From Pseudovirgaria hyperparasitica (Eukaryota), in the NCBI GenBank assembly GCA_010093815.1, contig ML996584.1: a DNA stretch of 64,000 nucleotides. One strand, written 5' to 3'. Below are positions 50,155 through 61,830 of this stretch, piece after piece. Both the position numbers and the translations under genes were made by a program. The notes beneath the pieces are model-generated. The model saw only the letters and a program-made list of their open reading frames with translations, was not told the DNA's origin and searched no databases. How positions within the stretch are numbered: position 1 is the first letter of the stretch; every line of letters begins with the position of its first letter.

Positions 50155-51132
50155 CTATCTGAATGACGTTTGGTCAACGTTGGGAAGTTCGGCGCTGATT
50201 GGGCTCACAGGCTGGACGTGACTGCCACCAAGGTCTCCACTCCCAGTCTTGCGGAGCGCTTGGCGCATGGTCTCGATATTGAGTTCGCCACTTAGAGACG
50301 GACTGTGTGTCCCTGTGGCGGTGGTTGGGCTCCCAGGAGCCTTGACAGCATTGTCCAAGCCTCGTACAGATGCGGCCACACTTGTAGGAGGAGATGGGCT
50401 ACCAAAATTGTGCGAGGACGCAGGCGAACGCACCGGGGACGGTGAGCGATTTGTGGTAGAGGAAAGGCTCATCAGATTCAGAGCGTCTCGGTCGTCTTGA
50501 TCGTGCTCAGCTTGGACGACGTCCGCGAATGAGATGAAGCTCAATCGGCGGGGATCTCCTGTATCAATAGAGCCATAGTTCGATCCTGCCTCATCTTGTA
50601 GGTGTAGCGGTATTGCTGGTGGTGGAGCCAACTCTTCTGAGGCTGGAGAGGCCTGAGACATCGATTCGTGAGGGGTGCCACTGACCGCTGCTGATGCGGG
50701 ATGGTGAGCACTGTGTGTAACAATCTGGACATCATCGGGATTGAGATGGTCGTCAGTAATGGCTATAGTGGATGCCTCAAGCGCTGGCGGAATGTGATCT
50801 TCGGTGGTGATGTGAGCTGGAATTGCGGGGGAAAGCTCCCCAGGTAGGAGGGTGCTCTCCTGCACATTGCGTTCGAAGATCTGTGAAGAAGCTGGGGAAT
50901 GCATTCGAGGAGATGATGAACGATATCTCTGGCTAGGAGATGCAAGACTGGGAATCCGTGGGCTTCGACCTGGTGAAGTAGCTTGCGGTGATGAGGAGCT
51001 CTGGAGTGATGCAGCATTCAATGGAGCGGGTGTAGAGGTTGGCCCAGCACCCTTCTCGGCGTCTTTCTTCTTCCCGAAGCCAAATAATCTACGTTTTCCG
51101 CCACTCTTGTCTGGTGTCCCAGAAGCGTCCAT
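50155..51132 (-). CDS. Ser/Pro-rich hypothetical protein
   Basis: 325-aa ATG ORF with ordered islands (SSQIFERNVQE, EDHIPPALEAS, RRLSFISFADVV) in a low-complexity background. Confidence 0.8.
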   Translation of the reverse strand: MDASGTPDKSGGKRRLFGFGKKKDAEKGAGPTSTPAPLNAASLQSSSSPQATSPGRSPRIPSLASPSQRYRSSSPRMHSPASSQIFERNVQESTLLPGELSPAIPAHITTEDHIPPALEASTIAITDDHLNPDDVQIVTHSAHHPASAAVSGTPHESMSQASPASEELAPPPAIPLHLQDEAGSNYGSIDTGDPRRLSFISFADVVQAEHDQDDRDALNLMSLSSTTNRSPSPVRSPASSHNFGSPSPPTSVAASVRGLDNAVKAPGSPTTATGTHSPSLSGELNIETMRQALRKTGSGDLGGSHVQPVSPISAELPNVDQTSFR

Positions 51133-53076
51133 CTTCTAGTGTGTGTGCTGGGTAGAAAGCGCTCGAGTGACGCTGTTAATGCTGGAGAGCGATCCAAGGC
51201 CCTCTGGAAGCCGTTGAAGATGTATGCAACAACTCTGATAGTAGTCAATGCACTGGGCACAGTAAATTCCGCTAGCCTTCGGAGGAAAAGATGCAGAGAC
51301 GCTGCTGGAGGTGGGCAGCGAGATTTAGCTCAAGACGGATGTCGAGCGGTATTTCGGCAAAGGCTATCAAGCTTAGATAGCAGAAGTTTGGTCGTTGGGA
51401 GAACCTCTGGACTCGGGATGGATCTGAGTAAAGGAGTTCTATGGTTCTCGCTTTGTCTTGAGTGTAAGGTCGACTGGAAGGGTAGAAGACGAGACGAGAC
51501 GAGACGAGAGTGAGGACGGTAGCGCAACGAAGTCGTACGCTTGGAGGGAGGGTGTAAGTTGCGCAATTGGTGGGACGCCGTGGCCGAGGAATGATGGAGA
51601 GCTGGGGTACCTGACACAACACCAGGGGCACAGGCTGAGTTGCAGGAGCGGCCACAAATGGGAGGTATATGTGTGCTGTATGCTGTGTGCTATGCTGTGT
51701 AATTATAGAAAGATGTCTTCTGCTTTAAAGAGACGAAGTGAAAAACAAAAAATGCGAGACTGCTTTTGCCCGTCGCGTCGTTTCAGCAGCGTGGTGATGT
51801 ATGGTGGCTTACGTATTCACGGTTCCGTAAAAATAAAATACGCGGCCTGAGGCTACGTAACACTCTTACCCCCCTACTCACTTCTCTTCCAACATCTAAT
51901 CATTATTATGGCCCCGGACAAAACATAGAAACTCAGCCCCCTACGTCGTCGAATAAGCACAACTTTGACTTCCCACTTTACAATGTGTCTCGTGTCTGCT
52001 TTCCCGTTCCTGTTTCTGTTCCTGATTATGTGGATCAGCAGATCAATACATGTTGGCTTTGCTTTTGTCATGGTTGGTCGGCGGTTAAGGCCCACGGTAT
52101 ACGTCATGCCCTACGTAGTGAGTGCATAGGTAATCAGGACCTATTTAATTAGGTGGTGTGTATTAGCCAACACTCGCCCTGAGCCTGTGCCTGTTCCTGT
52201 AAGAAGCCAAGTCGCCTTACCGGGGTCTACATATGCACACTGTAGCCTGGACCTGACCCGGCACATATGTGGATATACAGTATCCGACTATTACTCCGCA
52301 AAACACTCTTGGCCACTATCACCGTCCTGTAAAAACACGCCCACTGCACCGCCAAACTCGGCATGTTGTCCGAGAGTGATAGCCAGAATGAGAAGCGACA
52401 GGATGGGTCATTGGGGCGCCCTGCTGTGCACCGTATGGCTGGTCGAAGCCCCGGATGCAATGTAGCTGCATTTGCACGAGCGTCTTGTGTGATGCTACTG
52501 CTCATACTCTTCTTGACGGGCATGCCTCTTGATCTAGCATGCTCGCCACTATCAAGAATATGGAGCCAGTCGCCTAGTATAAATTGTAAGCCCGTCTCCT
52601 ATCTCTATACGTCGAATTCCGCACGCAACGTGATGCTTCTCCCATGGTAAACAACTCCCTTGACATTCTGCACTCATCACATCACCAAAACACTCCGGTA
52701 AATCTTTATCGTTCTTAATGGCACACCGCATCATGTATGAATCTTGCTCCTTCGCCCGTATACCGCCTTTCAGCACGTTGGCCCAATTTCTTGAAACTCA
52801 GGTTACAGGTACAGACGTGTGCTACAAAAAGAGCACAATGTGCTAGCATCACATTTATTCTGCGTGCGAGTCCCTGCGAAAGGTTACCTCCCATGATTGA
52901 GGGAATAGACTAAGAGATCTGCATAGAGTGATCTGGGAGGCTCCTGCTCTTTCTTGTGAGCACTTTCCCTATCTGAAAATGATACCCTATCTGGGAAACT
53001 CAAGTACTCGCATTTTGCACAAACGTTGGTCTTGAGATGTCATGCCGACATCGTTAAACCCTCGAAAACTCCTAAT

Positions 53077-54695
53077 ATGTTACTGACTTCATTGATAGCA
53101 GGCAGTGCTTTTAACCAGTATGCGTCTGGTCGAGTCGCAAAAGATAAACACACAGGCCGCCTGCCTGCGATGGGCTTTAGTTCATGGAACGAGTATGGAT
53201 GCAGCATCAACGAGTCCGTGTTCTTGACTGTCGGAGAGCGTCTAATCTCAACTGGCCTCAAAGATCTGGGCTACGAATACGTCAACATAGATGACTGTTG
53301 GAGTGACAAAGCTGTCCAGCGTGACAAGGTCACCAAGGAAATACGCCCAGATTACACCAAGTTTCCCCGAGGCATCAAGCATACCGCTGACCGGATCCAC
53401 GCCCTGGGCCTGAAGTTGGGCATCTATAGCGATGCCGGTATGACTGATCCAGCGACAATCAATATCAAACTCTACTGACTCGAAATTTCAGGATCCTTGA
53501 CCTGCGCAGGCTATGCCGGCTCTCTCGGCCACGAAGACATAGACGCCAAAACCTTCGCCAACTGGGGCATCGACTATCTCAAATACGACAACTGCAACGT
53601 CCCTGCCAAATGGCTGGACGAGTACGAATGGTGGCCAGAACGCTGGACCGGCGGCTCCCTCGACGACGGCCAACCCTCACCGCCCAACTATGATTGGGCT
53701 ACCTCGAACACGGCCAGACGCTTCGTGCGCATGCGTGACGAGCTCGAGAAACAGCATCGTGTCATCCAGTACTCGCTCTGTGCGTGGGGCCATGGCCACG
53801 TCGATATCTGGGGTAATACGACGGGCCAGAGTTGGCGGATGTGGGGCGATATCGCGCCGCAATGGACAGGCCAGGACGGCTCTGCTTGGGGCTTGAGTAT
53901 GTTCGTTGTCTATAGGTCATGAATGGGGGAGCTAATATGCATGTAGTGCCCATCGTCAATCACGCCTCGTTCTTCGCCAACGTCTCGGACTTCTGGGGAC
54001 ATGGCGACTACGTACAGTTCCTCTCCTCCCCCCTAGGCACTAGCATATCTAACAACAAAACACAGGACATGCTCGAAGTCGGAAACGGCAACCTTACACT
54101 CGAGGAGAACCGCTCGCACTTTGCTCTCTGGGCAGCCCTAAAATCCCCTCTTATCATCGGCACTCCCGTAACCCCCCCTCTACAGTCTCTCCCATCACAC
54201 ACCCTCACTAACAACCCCAACAGCTCGACAACATTCCTCCCTCAACCCTCTCCATCCTCTCCACCCCCGCCCTAATAGCCTACAACCAAGACCCCACCTA
54301 CGGCCGCTCCGCCACCCCCTACAAATGGGGCCTCAACCCCGACAACACCTGGAACCGCACCCATCCAGCCGAGTACTGGGCCGGTCCATCCTCCCTCGGC
54401 ATCCACGTCTTCATCCTCAACACCCTGGACTACGAAGTAGTGAAAGTGGCGGTGTGGGCCGAGGTTCCGGGCTTGCGGGCGGGACGCAGGTATCGGGTCA
54501 CGGATATGTGGAGTGGAGAGGACTGGGGCGTGTGGGAGGGGGCGTGGATGGGGGTTGTGAGGGCGCATGATACGATTGCGGTGACAATTACTGAGGTTGA
54601 TGGTGAGTTTGTTTGAGGGGAACCAGGGGAGGGGTTTCTTGGGGAGTACTGGCTGACTCTGGTTATATATAGGGCGGCATCCGTCTCCGGAGTAA
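53077..54695 (+). CDS. Secreted alpha-galactosidase (GH27)
   Basis: [73 protein letters not shown]; about five introns. Confidence 0.93.
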
Positions 54696-55171
54696 GGAGG
54701 TTTGAGGGCGTTGGAGAGAGTGAGAACTTGCATACCTAACATACCTATCAATGCCAGTTTTCCAGCTGTTGACAGCACTTGATTCCGTTTCCTACACTGT
54801 TCAAGTGGTTTGAGGCCCAATTCCCGCTAGCGTTTTGCCCAATTGTTTCTGATTCATACTTGATTCTCGGATCGCAGTTAGCACGCTTGTGTCGACCATA
54901 TGCAATCACAAGCACAATCACAAACACAGCTCGTAGCACAGAAAAACGCTCTTCGAGAACGGGTAAATATATTTCATCATTCGCAAAGCAAAACTATCAC
55001 ATGCCGCACTGCCAGAATGCAAACTCAAAACTCAGGACGCAAACGCAAAACGCCAAGCCTATGAAAAACCCACACAAAGTCCATGCCATGCCATGCCATG
55101 CCATGCTCATTTCACGCTTCAAAATTCCATTGGTATAATGCTCATTCCCCAATGTCCCCACTACCGTAACG

Positions 55172-56753
55172 CTACCGACCCTTGTACCTGTCGTCACGAT
55201 CATATCCCCGGTCCCTACTCCGGCTTCGATCACTCACGTAGTGTCGCTCTCTTCCATGATCTCTGTCTCTGTCCCGACTCCTGTCTCTGCTTCTATCGCG
55301 GCTCCGCGCCGAATCGGCAGATAAGTCGCGACTCCGGTCTTTGCCTTTGGCGCGCCGACTGACGCTGCGACTGAGGCTGCGCACGCGGTCTTTGATGCTG
55401 CGAGAGCGGCTGCGGCGGGGTTTCCCACTGCGATCGGATTTGGCGTCGTAGTCCGAGTCGGACCCATATTCGGAGTCTGCGTCTCTGCGCCTTGCACTAA
55501 GATACTGTTAGGTCGCTGAAAATGGTTGCTGTAAGAGGAGACTTATGGCTTACGATCTCTTCTTATCAGTCTTCTTCTCCAGCGCACGCAGGCCCGCACC
55601 GCCCAAGACAGCCCCGAGAAGGGTTGGAAATGCGCCGTGACCGACCTCATGCCCGACAAAGCCTCCACCGATGGCACCGGCAAGACTGGCCGCGATCTTG
55701 CGCTCGCGGTCGTCCATGTTCTTAATGCGGTCCTTGACGCCGCGTGACTTGTTGCGCACTCTGTCACGGTTTGAAGACTTGGCACGGCGCGAGCGGGACT
55801 GTGAGCGGTCGCCTTCAGACCGGTCGCGGGAGCGATGTCGTCGAGAGCGGCGTTCCGGTGAAGACGGCTGCGAATACGAGCCTTGCCGGTAGAGTGGCGC
55901 AGCGGCTGCCCCTCCTGCTGCTGCTGCGGCCATGGCTTGTGGTGGTGATGGATACATGTTACCTGGTTGCGGAGGAGCGTAGTCGGCTGGGTTATAAGGT
56001 GGTATATAGTATTGGTCTTGATTCGGGGGACCTTGACTTGGGTCAAACGGCGCACCATTCGCAGGGTGAGGTGGATATGACCCTTGATATGGACCGGAAT
56101 AACCTCTTGCTTGCGCATCAAACCCTTGTCCGTCTGGAGGAGCGTAGTTGTTCGCACGATATTGAGGAGACCGCGGAGGGCTGTATCCTGTTGGATAGGA
56201 GGGTCCGGAGGGTCCCCGATTGTAGAACTGTTCGCCTGTCGCGGCACCAGCAGCGGCAGGTCCTGCAACTGTTAGCTTTTGCGCATTATACCTCTAAGTC
56301 CAACAGGAATACTAGACTGGCGATTCGTAGCTCGTAGCTTCTAAAGGCATGGACAAACAACGTACTGTGATCTGGTGGTTGGCCGTCGCGATCGCGATCG
56401 CGACGCGAGGAGCGGTACGGGTCCTCCATGCTCTGTTCTTCTCCCTTCCGCTTTCTCGAGTCTCTTCTCCTTCTCCGTCGGCGAGCTCGACGTGCTTTTT
56501 CGTCGGCGGAGGTATAAAAATCGTCACTTGTATAGTTCTCGCTCTCCTCCGAGTATCGTCGGCCGGTACTGGCTCGTCTTCCTCGCTCGTCGCTTCTCGA
56601 AGGCTTGTTGCTCGCGGCTCTTCTTCGATCTTCGCGTTCTCGTCTCTCTTTCTCCTTGTAGTATCCGCCAGGTATCGAGTCGAAGAGTTTGTCGGGGATT
56701 TTGTCAGCACCGAGGGCGATGGCCTTGAGGGCCAATTTCTGGTACGCCGTCAT
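55172..56753 (-). CDS. Arg/Ser-rich protein with glycine-zipper segment
   Basis: Exon 1 MTAYQKLALKAIALGADKIPDK...; middle exon ASLAGAIGGGFVGHEVGHG..TLLGAVLGGAG; last exon RS/RD-rich ending YKGR*. Introns near 56270-56370 and 55497-55553. Confidence 0.75.
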
Positions 56754-57818
56754 TGCTCAGCCCGGTCGCTCTTCAGGCCACCCCGGTATGAAATGTGCGT
56801 AGGCGATTCACGGTGACGTCGCGTGGCAAATCTGACCAATCAGTGGCAAGCAGACAGAGAGCACCGACGCTGATTGGGCAAACAGGTTGGGCTGTCAGAC
56901 TTTGTCGGCCAGGGCTGCAGACTCCGGTGAAAGGGACGTGCAAGGTGGAAGATGAGGCAGTGAACCGGAACTGAGTCGTCAGAAGAATAGAAGTAGTACA
57001 AGAGGACGGTCGGGCATTTGTAAGGGGATTAGAGATGCATGGATGCACGTCTGCGTCTCCGTCCTCGCCTTCAGGCTGACTGACTGGAACCGATTCAGCC
57101 CAAACACGCCACGAGGAGGAAAAGGGCAAAGGGAGACAGGAAAAGGGAAATGAGGGAGAAAACCCAGTGCAATGGATCCCTGCCAGATCGTGCTTTGGCA
57201 GGGCTTTTAGGTAGCAGTAGTCGTAGCAGTAGTAGCAGTAGTAACAATAATTACCTTTAAGCAATATCAAAAAAGCAGAACCAGATTATTGTCTTTACCT
57301 TCCTCGCTCCGATCATCCAATTCCCGTTCGTTTATGGAAAGCACGACGTCATCACCATAACATCGTGACTACTACTACCATTCACTCCATGGATGCACTC
57401 CTTAGCCCGCTCCCACTACTGCACCACCAATACGCGCATCAATATACCCATTGCTCATCCACTCGGCCATCATATCTAGTCCGTTCTTAGCTCTTCTCGT
57501 CGCCCTATGGCATTGTTGATGCAGACTTTTGGCCTGCAGGAATTCGATTACAACCCATCGCATGGGGTATGTATCCGCGGCGCCCAGTAGCTTCATGGAT
57601 CTGCCGGCATCCAATAATCCGATTGCTTCACCGCTCCTTGTATGCCACAAATGAAGCCTTAGTCAGCGTGCTGTAGTATCAGGCTCATATCTGGTGGGAC
57701 AAAGAGCACAGTAGCAATTCGAATTCGAGTGCCTCCACGGAATACCTCGACTCGACACTGTAGCACAGAGCTTGTCATTGTATTGGACTGTACACTCGTC
57801 TGAGGTTGACGCCGTACT

Positions 57819-59594
57819 TCAGTGGCCGCTGCTCTTAGTGGTGGCAATCTTCTTTGCCCGTTCAATCCAATCCGTGGCGATGGAGTTGATGTCGCTTGAC
57901 ATTTGCTTCTCTAGGATCTCTCGAACCAGCTCCTCTATCTTTTCTGACCGACTAGATGGAATGTCCAAGGTATTCTGTGGAGCTAACCATTTGCGTCCTA
58001 ATATGGCCGTATTGCGAGTACTCGGAATGCGGAGCATTTCTTTCTCTGCAACAAACCCTACCGCCGCGGTCAATTGTTCCAACCATATACATAGAGCGGC
58101 ATATGCAGACGGTTGCTTTGTATCCCGTTTGGTGAGAACCCCAGTCTCAACGCCCCTCCGCGGCTGCTCAACAGTCTTGTCGTCTTTCGCTCCGAATTCT
58201 GCTGCAGTGCTTTTGAGCGAGCCGGCAGTCGGTGCCCGGAATTTATTCCCGCCAAAGTCGTGGCTACAACACGGTATCGCTACAAAAGGACAGCCAGCCA
58301 TCGATGCGAGCAAAGGCGTCCAAGCGGTAAGCTCGTCAGCATGATTAGACACGATGAATGTTCCCTCTGGAAATGAGCCGTCATGGAAATCGAGAGCGAA
58401 ATCCTGAGATGACCTTGGAGATTCAGGTGCCTTCCATGCATCCTGTAGTATTTTTGGGACGCAAACCATCTCTTTTAAACTGTCCGAAACAATTTCTTGG
58501 GGTAACGCGTCCCAAGTCTTCCTCTTCCTGACATCGAAGCCCCATCCTTCATACCCTTCGCTTCGAAGCAAATACACGAGAAGGCCATTACCACAGCCGA
58601 TGTCGACGAAGCCCGGAAATTGTTCGTCGTTCTGGTACATCCTCTTCCATAATTCGATCAGGAATGCTGCGATGCCCAGATCCTCAAACACATGCTTTGC
58701 AGGGTCCGTCTTTTCTACCCAGTCTTTGACGAGATCTTTCGCATACTTCAACTTCAGCCGTGTATACGTGTCTTGGAAGTCCTTCTGGGGCACGACTTGA
58801 TCATGATGAACACGTTTGACATAACCAGCGGCACGACCAGCCATATGCTTTACAATGGTTCCCTGTAGATTTAATGCCGTTCGAGATAGCCGTGTAGTAG
58901 GCTGAGTGCCGGTGAAATAGGAATAGAGTATTTGCATATCGCCAGCGCCTCCACTTGTGAGAGACGTGCTGTCTTCGCATAAGTTCGGCTCCGCAGGAGT
59001 CGGCACCCAAGAATAAAGCATGGCGAGGCCCTGTATAGCTGGATGAAAGAATGGTACTTGGTCGACATTATCCACGTGAGGTATGTATATGACTAAATGC
59101 CGCACAACCTGATTCGTAACAGGCACAGACTCCCCCTTGCTGTCCGATGAAGACAGTTCTGCGCCATGATCTGAGCGTGAGTCAAAATACCAGCATGTTT
59201 GTACGAGTGCTTTGTCTCTCTCAGGATTGCGTGGAATAAGCTTTCTAATAACTGTTCTTTGCCATTGCCAGGAAAGGGGGAATTTGTTTTCAAATTGACA
59301 GCTCAGGGCAGCCAGGCATAAGCCATCAGGAATGTCTCTTCTCAAAGCTCGAGGGTGTAGTTCCGCCTTCATATGCGGAACAAAGTCGCTCGAGAAGCCT
59401 GTCAATTGATCCCATGATGCAGAATGGTCAGTACGGCTGTCGTAAAGTATTTCTGCACGAAACAATAGACTTGACGTGACGTTCGGACTGTGGAGAAGAG
59501 TGTCCGTTACAGTATGGAAATGTTCCGGGGCACTGCGGTGATTCTGAGCGGGTAGTGCAATAAGCCAGGGGGTGTCTCTACTCATTTGCGACAT
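57819..59594 (-). CDS. TRM44: tRNA(Ser) Um44 2'-O-methyltransferase
   Basis: YVKRVHHD, TDPAKHVFEDLGIAAFLIELW, FVDIGCGNGLLVYLL, SNHADELT, IPCC, LRIPSTRN. Confidence 0.92.
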   Translation of the reverse strand: MSQMSRDTPWLIALPAQNHRSAPEHFHTVTDTLLHSPNVTSSLLFRAEILYDSRTDHSASWDQLTGFSSDFVPHMKAELHPRALRRDIPDGLCLAALSCQFENKFPLSWQWQRTVIRKLIPRNPERDKALVQTCWYFDSRSDHGAELSSSDSKGESVPVTNQVVRHLVIYIPHVDNVDQVPFFHPAIQGLAMLYSWVPTPAEPNLCEDSTSLTSGGAGDMQILYSYFTGTQPTTRLSRTALNLQGTIVKHMAGRAAGYVKRVHHDQVVPQKDFQDTYTRLKLKYAKDLVKDWVEKTDPAKHVFEDLGIAAFLIELWKRMYQNDEQFPGFVDIGCGNGLLVYLLRSEGYEGWGFDVRKRKTWDALPQEIVSDSLKEMVCVPKILQDAWKAPESPRSSQDFALDFHDGSFPEGTFIVSNHADELTAWTPLLASMAGCPFVAIPCCSHDFGGNKFRAPTAGSLKSTAAEFGAKDDKTVEQPRRGVETGVLTKRDTKQPSAYAALCIWLEQLTAAVGFVAEKEMLRIPSTRNTAILGRKWLAPQNTLDIPSSRSEKIEELVREILEKQMSSDINSIATDWIERAKKIATTKSSGH

Positions 59595-60067
59595 GCCTTG
59601 CTAGAATAGCTGTATAATCAGCTAGAAGGAGATATGAGGGATCGAAGTAGCATGGCTCAAGTAACCAGTGCAACTCGTAGCTATGGCTCCTGATGTTGTC
59701 GTACCTTTCACATGCGGCTCCTCATCGTTATTGATTTTCTGGTGTCGTGCTCGAAATGAATATGTTTGTGGCAGCCACGTGACATATATAGTGCCAAGGA
59801 TGACTAAAGCCCCACAACCAACCGAGCACACTTCGAAATCGACCGACGCTTCACGAACGAGGTCTGTATCGCACGACAGTCAGCAACTCAACAACGATAC
59901 CGCCAGGTAAGTTCTTATTCCTAGGGCTGGTGGATGTCTTTGTCATGGAATATCACCTTACGATGGCTTCCACTCGCCGCTGGACCTGAGAGCTTTGACT
60001 GACCGTATTCGCCACAGACTTTTTCTGAACGATCACATCGCCAACACCTTTGTAACCAACCGCAATC

Positions 60068-60450
60068 ATGGGTAAAGTTCACGGTTCGCTCGCACGTGCG
60101 GGTAAAGTCAAGTCCCAGACACCCAAGGTACGATAATTTCCCCTAAGAAGCGACACCCTACACGGAATCCAGGACGGAAGAGTCAGCGATCGCGCAATGT
60201 CTTCACGAGGCCAGCCTCGCATGGATGAAAATTTGTGAGCCTGAAAGCAGAAGCTGACTTGCAGGAATAGGTTGAGCCTCAAGAGAAGAAGAAGAGCCCC
60301 AAGGGCCGCGCGAAGAAGAGACTCACATACACCCGCCGTTTCGTGAACGTCACGATGACCGGTGGCAAGCGAAAGGTAGGCAATGTCAACAGTCAAATTT
60401 AAGGTCATGGCTCACAAAGATTCCAGATGAACCCCAACCCGACCTCATAA
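60068..60450 (+). CDS. RPS30: 40S ribosomal protein S30 (eS30)
   Basis: Exons 60068-60127 ([20 protein letters not shown]), 60271-60375 (VEPQEKKK...GGKRK) and 60427-60450 (MNPNPTS*). Missed by the ORF track. Confidence 0.97.
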
Positions 60451-61496
60451 GAAGCGTAGCACGATTGGGGTGGATGGTAACGGCAGTGGTGGTCCTTTGA
60501 TGGTCTCGTTCAAACAAATCTGAAAAAATGGTTATTCCTCTGGATCATCGGGACTGGATCGTTTATGGATGATGTGATCGCCGGCTGATAGGTCTGGCTC
60601 TCGACTTTATGTCATGAACGAATATTGACCAGTCCTTGGTAGGAAGGGGCATACTCGGCGCATCCTGTATATGTGATTGCTTTCCAATTCAATATGCTTG
60701 CTCTGGGACACAGCGCTATGCGAATGCTAAGTGCACCAAATTGATATGCGAATTGAGTACTAAAATAGTAGTCAAGTTGAAGACTTGAAAATGTTCTACG
60801 ACACGCAGTTATACAGCTGAGGGTTTCATGATCAAAAGCCAAGCGAGACTACAGTATAAGACTCACTTTCCTGCTAACAGCTACGCTGTGTCTGACCAGC
60901 TGATCGTAAAATCTTGGCTTCATCCTACCTAATCACTCAGCCGTATGATGTCCGGATCCTTCGAAATGTCGAAACGGTTCCGGTCCCTGGCTGGACTCGG
61001 CTGCTTCTAGAAGTGTGATCTACTGTTAGGATTTCTCGCATGATGACGTACGTTTGCAGTGCTTTCGCTAGAAGCCAGATCTGGGTAGTCGGATTTGACT
61101 ATGTTAGAATCGGGCCAAGAATTCATGCAGTGAAGAGGTGTCCCCAGTACGAACACCCTGTATAATTGGCCTTGCACGTTCGGAAATATCACTCATGATG
61201 TACTCAAAGGTATTTTACTCAAGACCTTCGTGTCCCTTTGGGTGACACAGGCTTCAACAGTTCGTTCCTTCACGGATCTGCGAGAAGACACTACGCTAGG
61301 ATGTAGGGTTCGCATCGGCAACGACAAGGTCGTAGGATGTCGACATACGCGTCACAAGGCAAAGAGAGGTACTACCCCTACTCACATTCCCACGACGTTC
61401 ATCAAAATGTAGCTGATTGATCACTGCCACTTTTTGTGGCGTACCTGCACTCAGCTGGCTGAGATAGGACTAGCGTCATGAGGCTGAGCCCGAATA

Positions 61497-61830
61497 CAGT
61501 AACTAAGTTGACGTACCTACTAATGAGCCAACCTACTAATGAACCACGTGATTTAAGTACGACTCCAAACGCCTATATTAATAACTATATACTTAAAATA
61601 GAGGGAATTTATATAAATAAGCCTTATATACCTCCTTAGAGACTATCTATCTAGTCTATAGTAATTAAGTCTCTAATTCCTTAAGCTTTTCCGTACGTTT
61701 AATAGCTTAAACTACCTCTACTACTACCTTCTTCTTCTCCTTATCTATAGCCTTCTTTATATATATAATATTTATAAATTACTTATTAAGGTCTATTTTA
61801 ACCTTCTTCTATTTCCTCTTTTAGACTAGG
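61497..61830 (-). mobile_element. 3' end of a Fot1/pogo-like DNA transposon relic
   Basis: TA|CAGT at 61495-61500, then repeated ACCTACTAATGA(G/A)CCA. Minus frame de-RIPs to KRKQKKVKIDPNKQFANI..IKKAMDKEKKK, like Fot1/Pot-type transposase C-termini. Cut by the gypsy at 61830. Confidence 0.6.

Noticed and set aside
60500..61450. Possible snoRNA or small gene downstream of RPS30
   Set aside because: C/D-box-like words are present but lack convincing spacing or guide sequences, and the short ORFs have no recognisable motifs.
21065..61830. Whole gene island as cargo of a composite transposon
   Set aside because: It holds core single-copy genes (SMC5, FUM1, RPS30, TRM44) without RIP damage, and the flanking elements are independent insertions with different neighbours.
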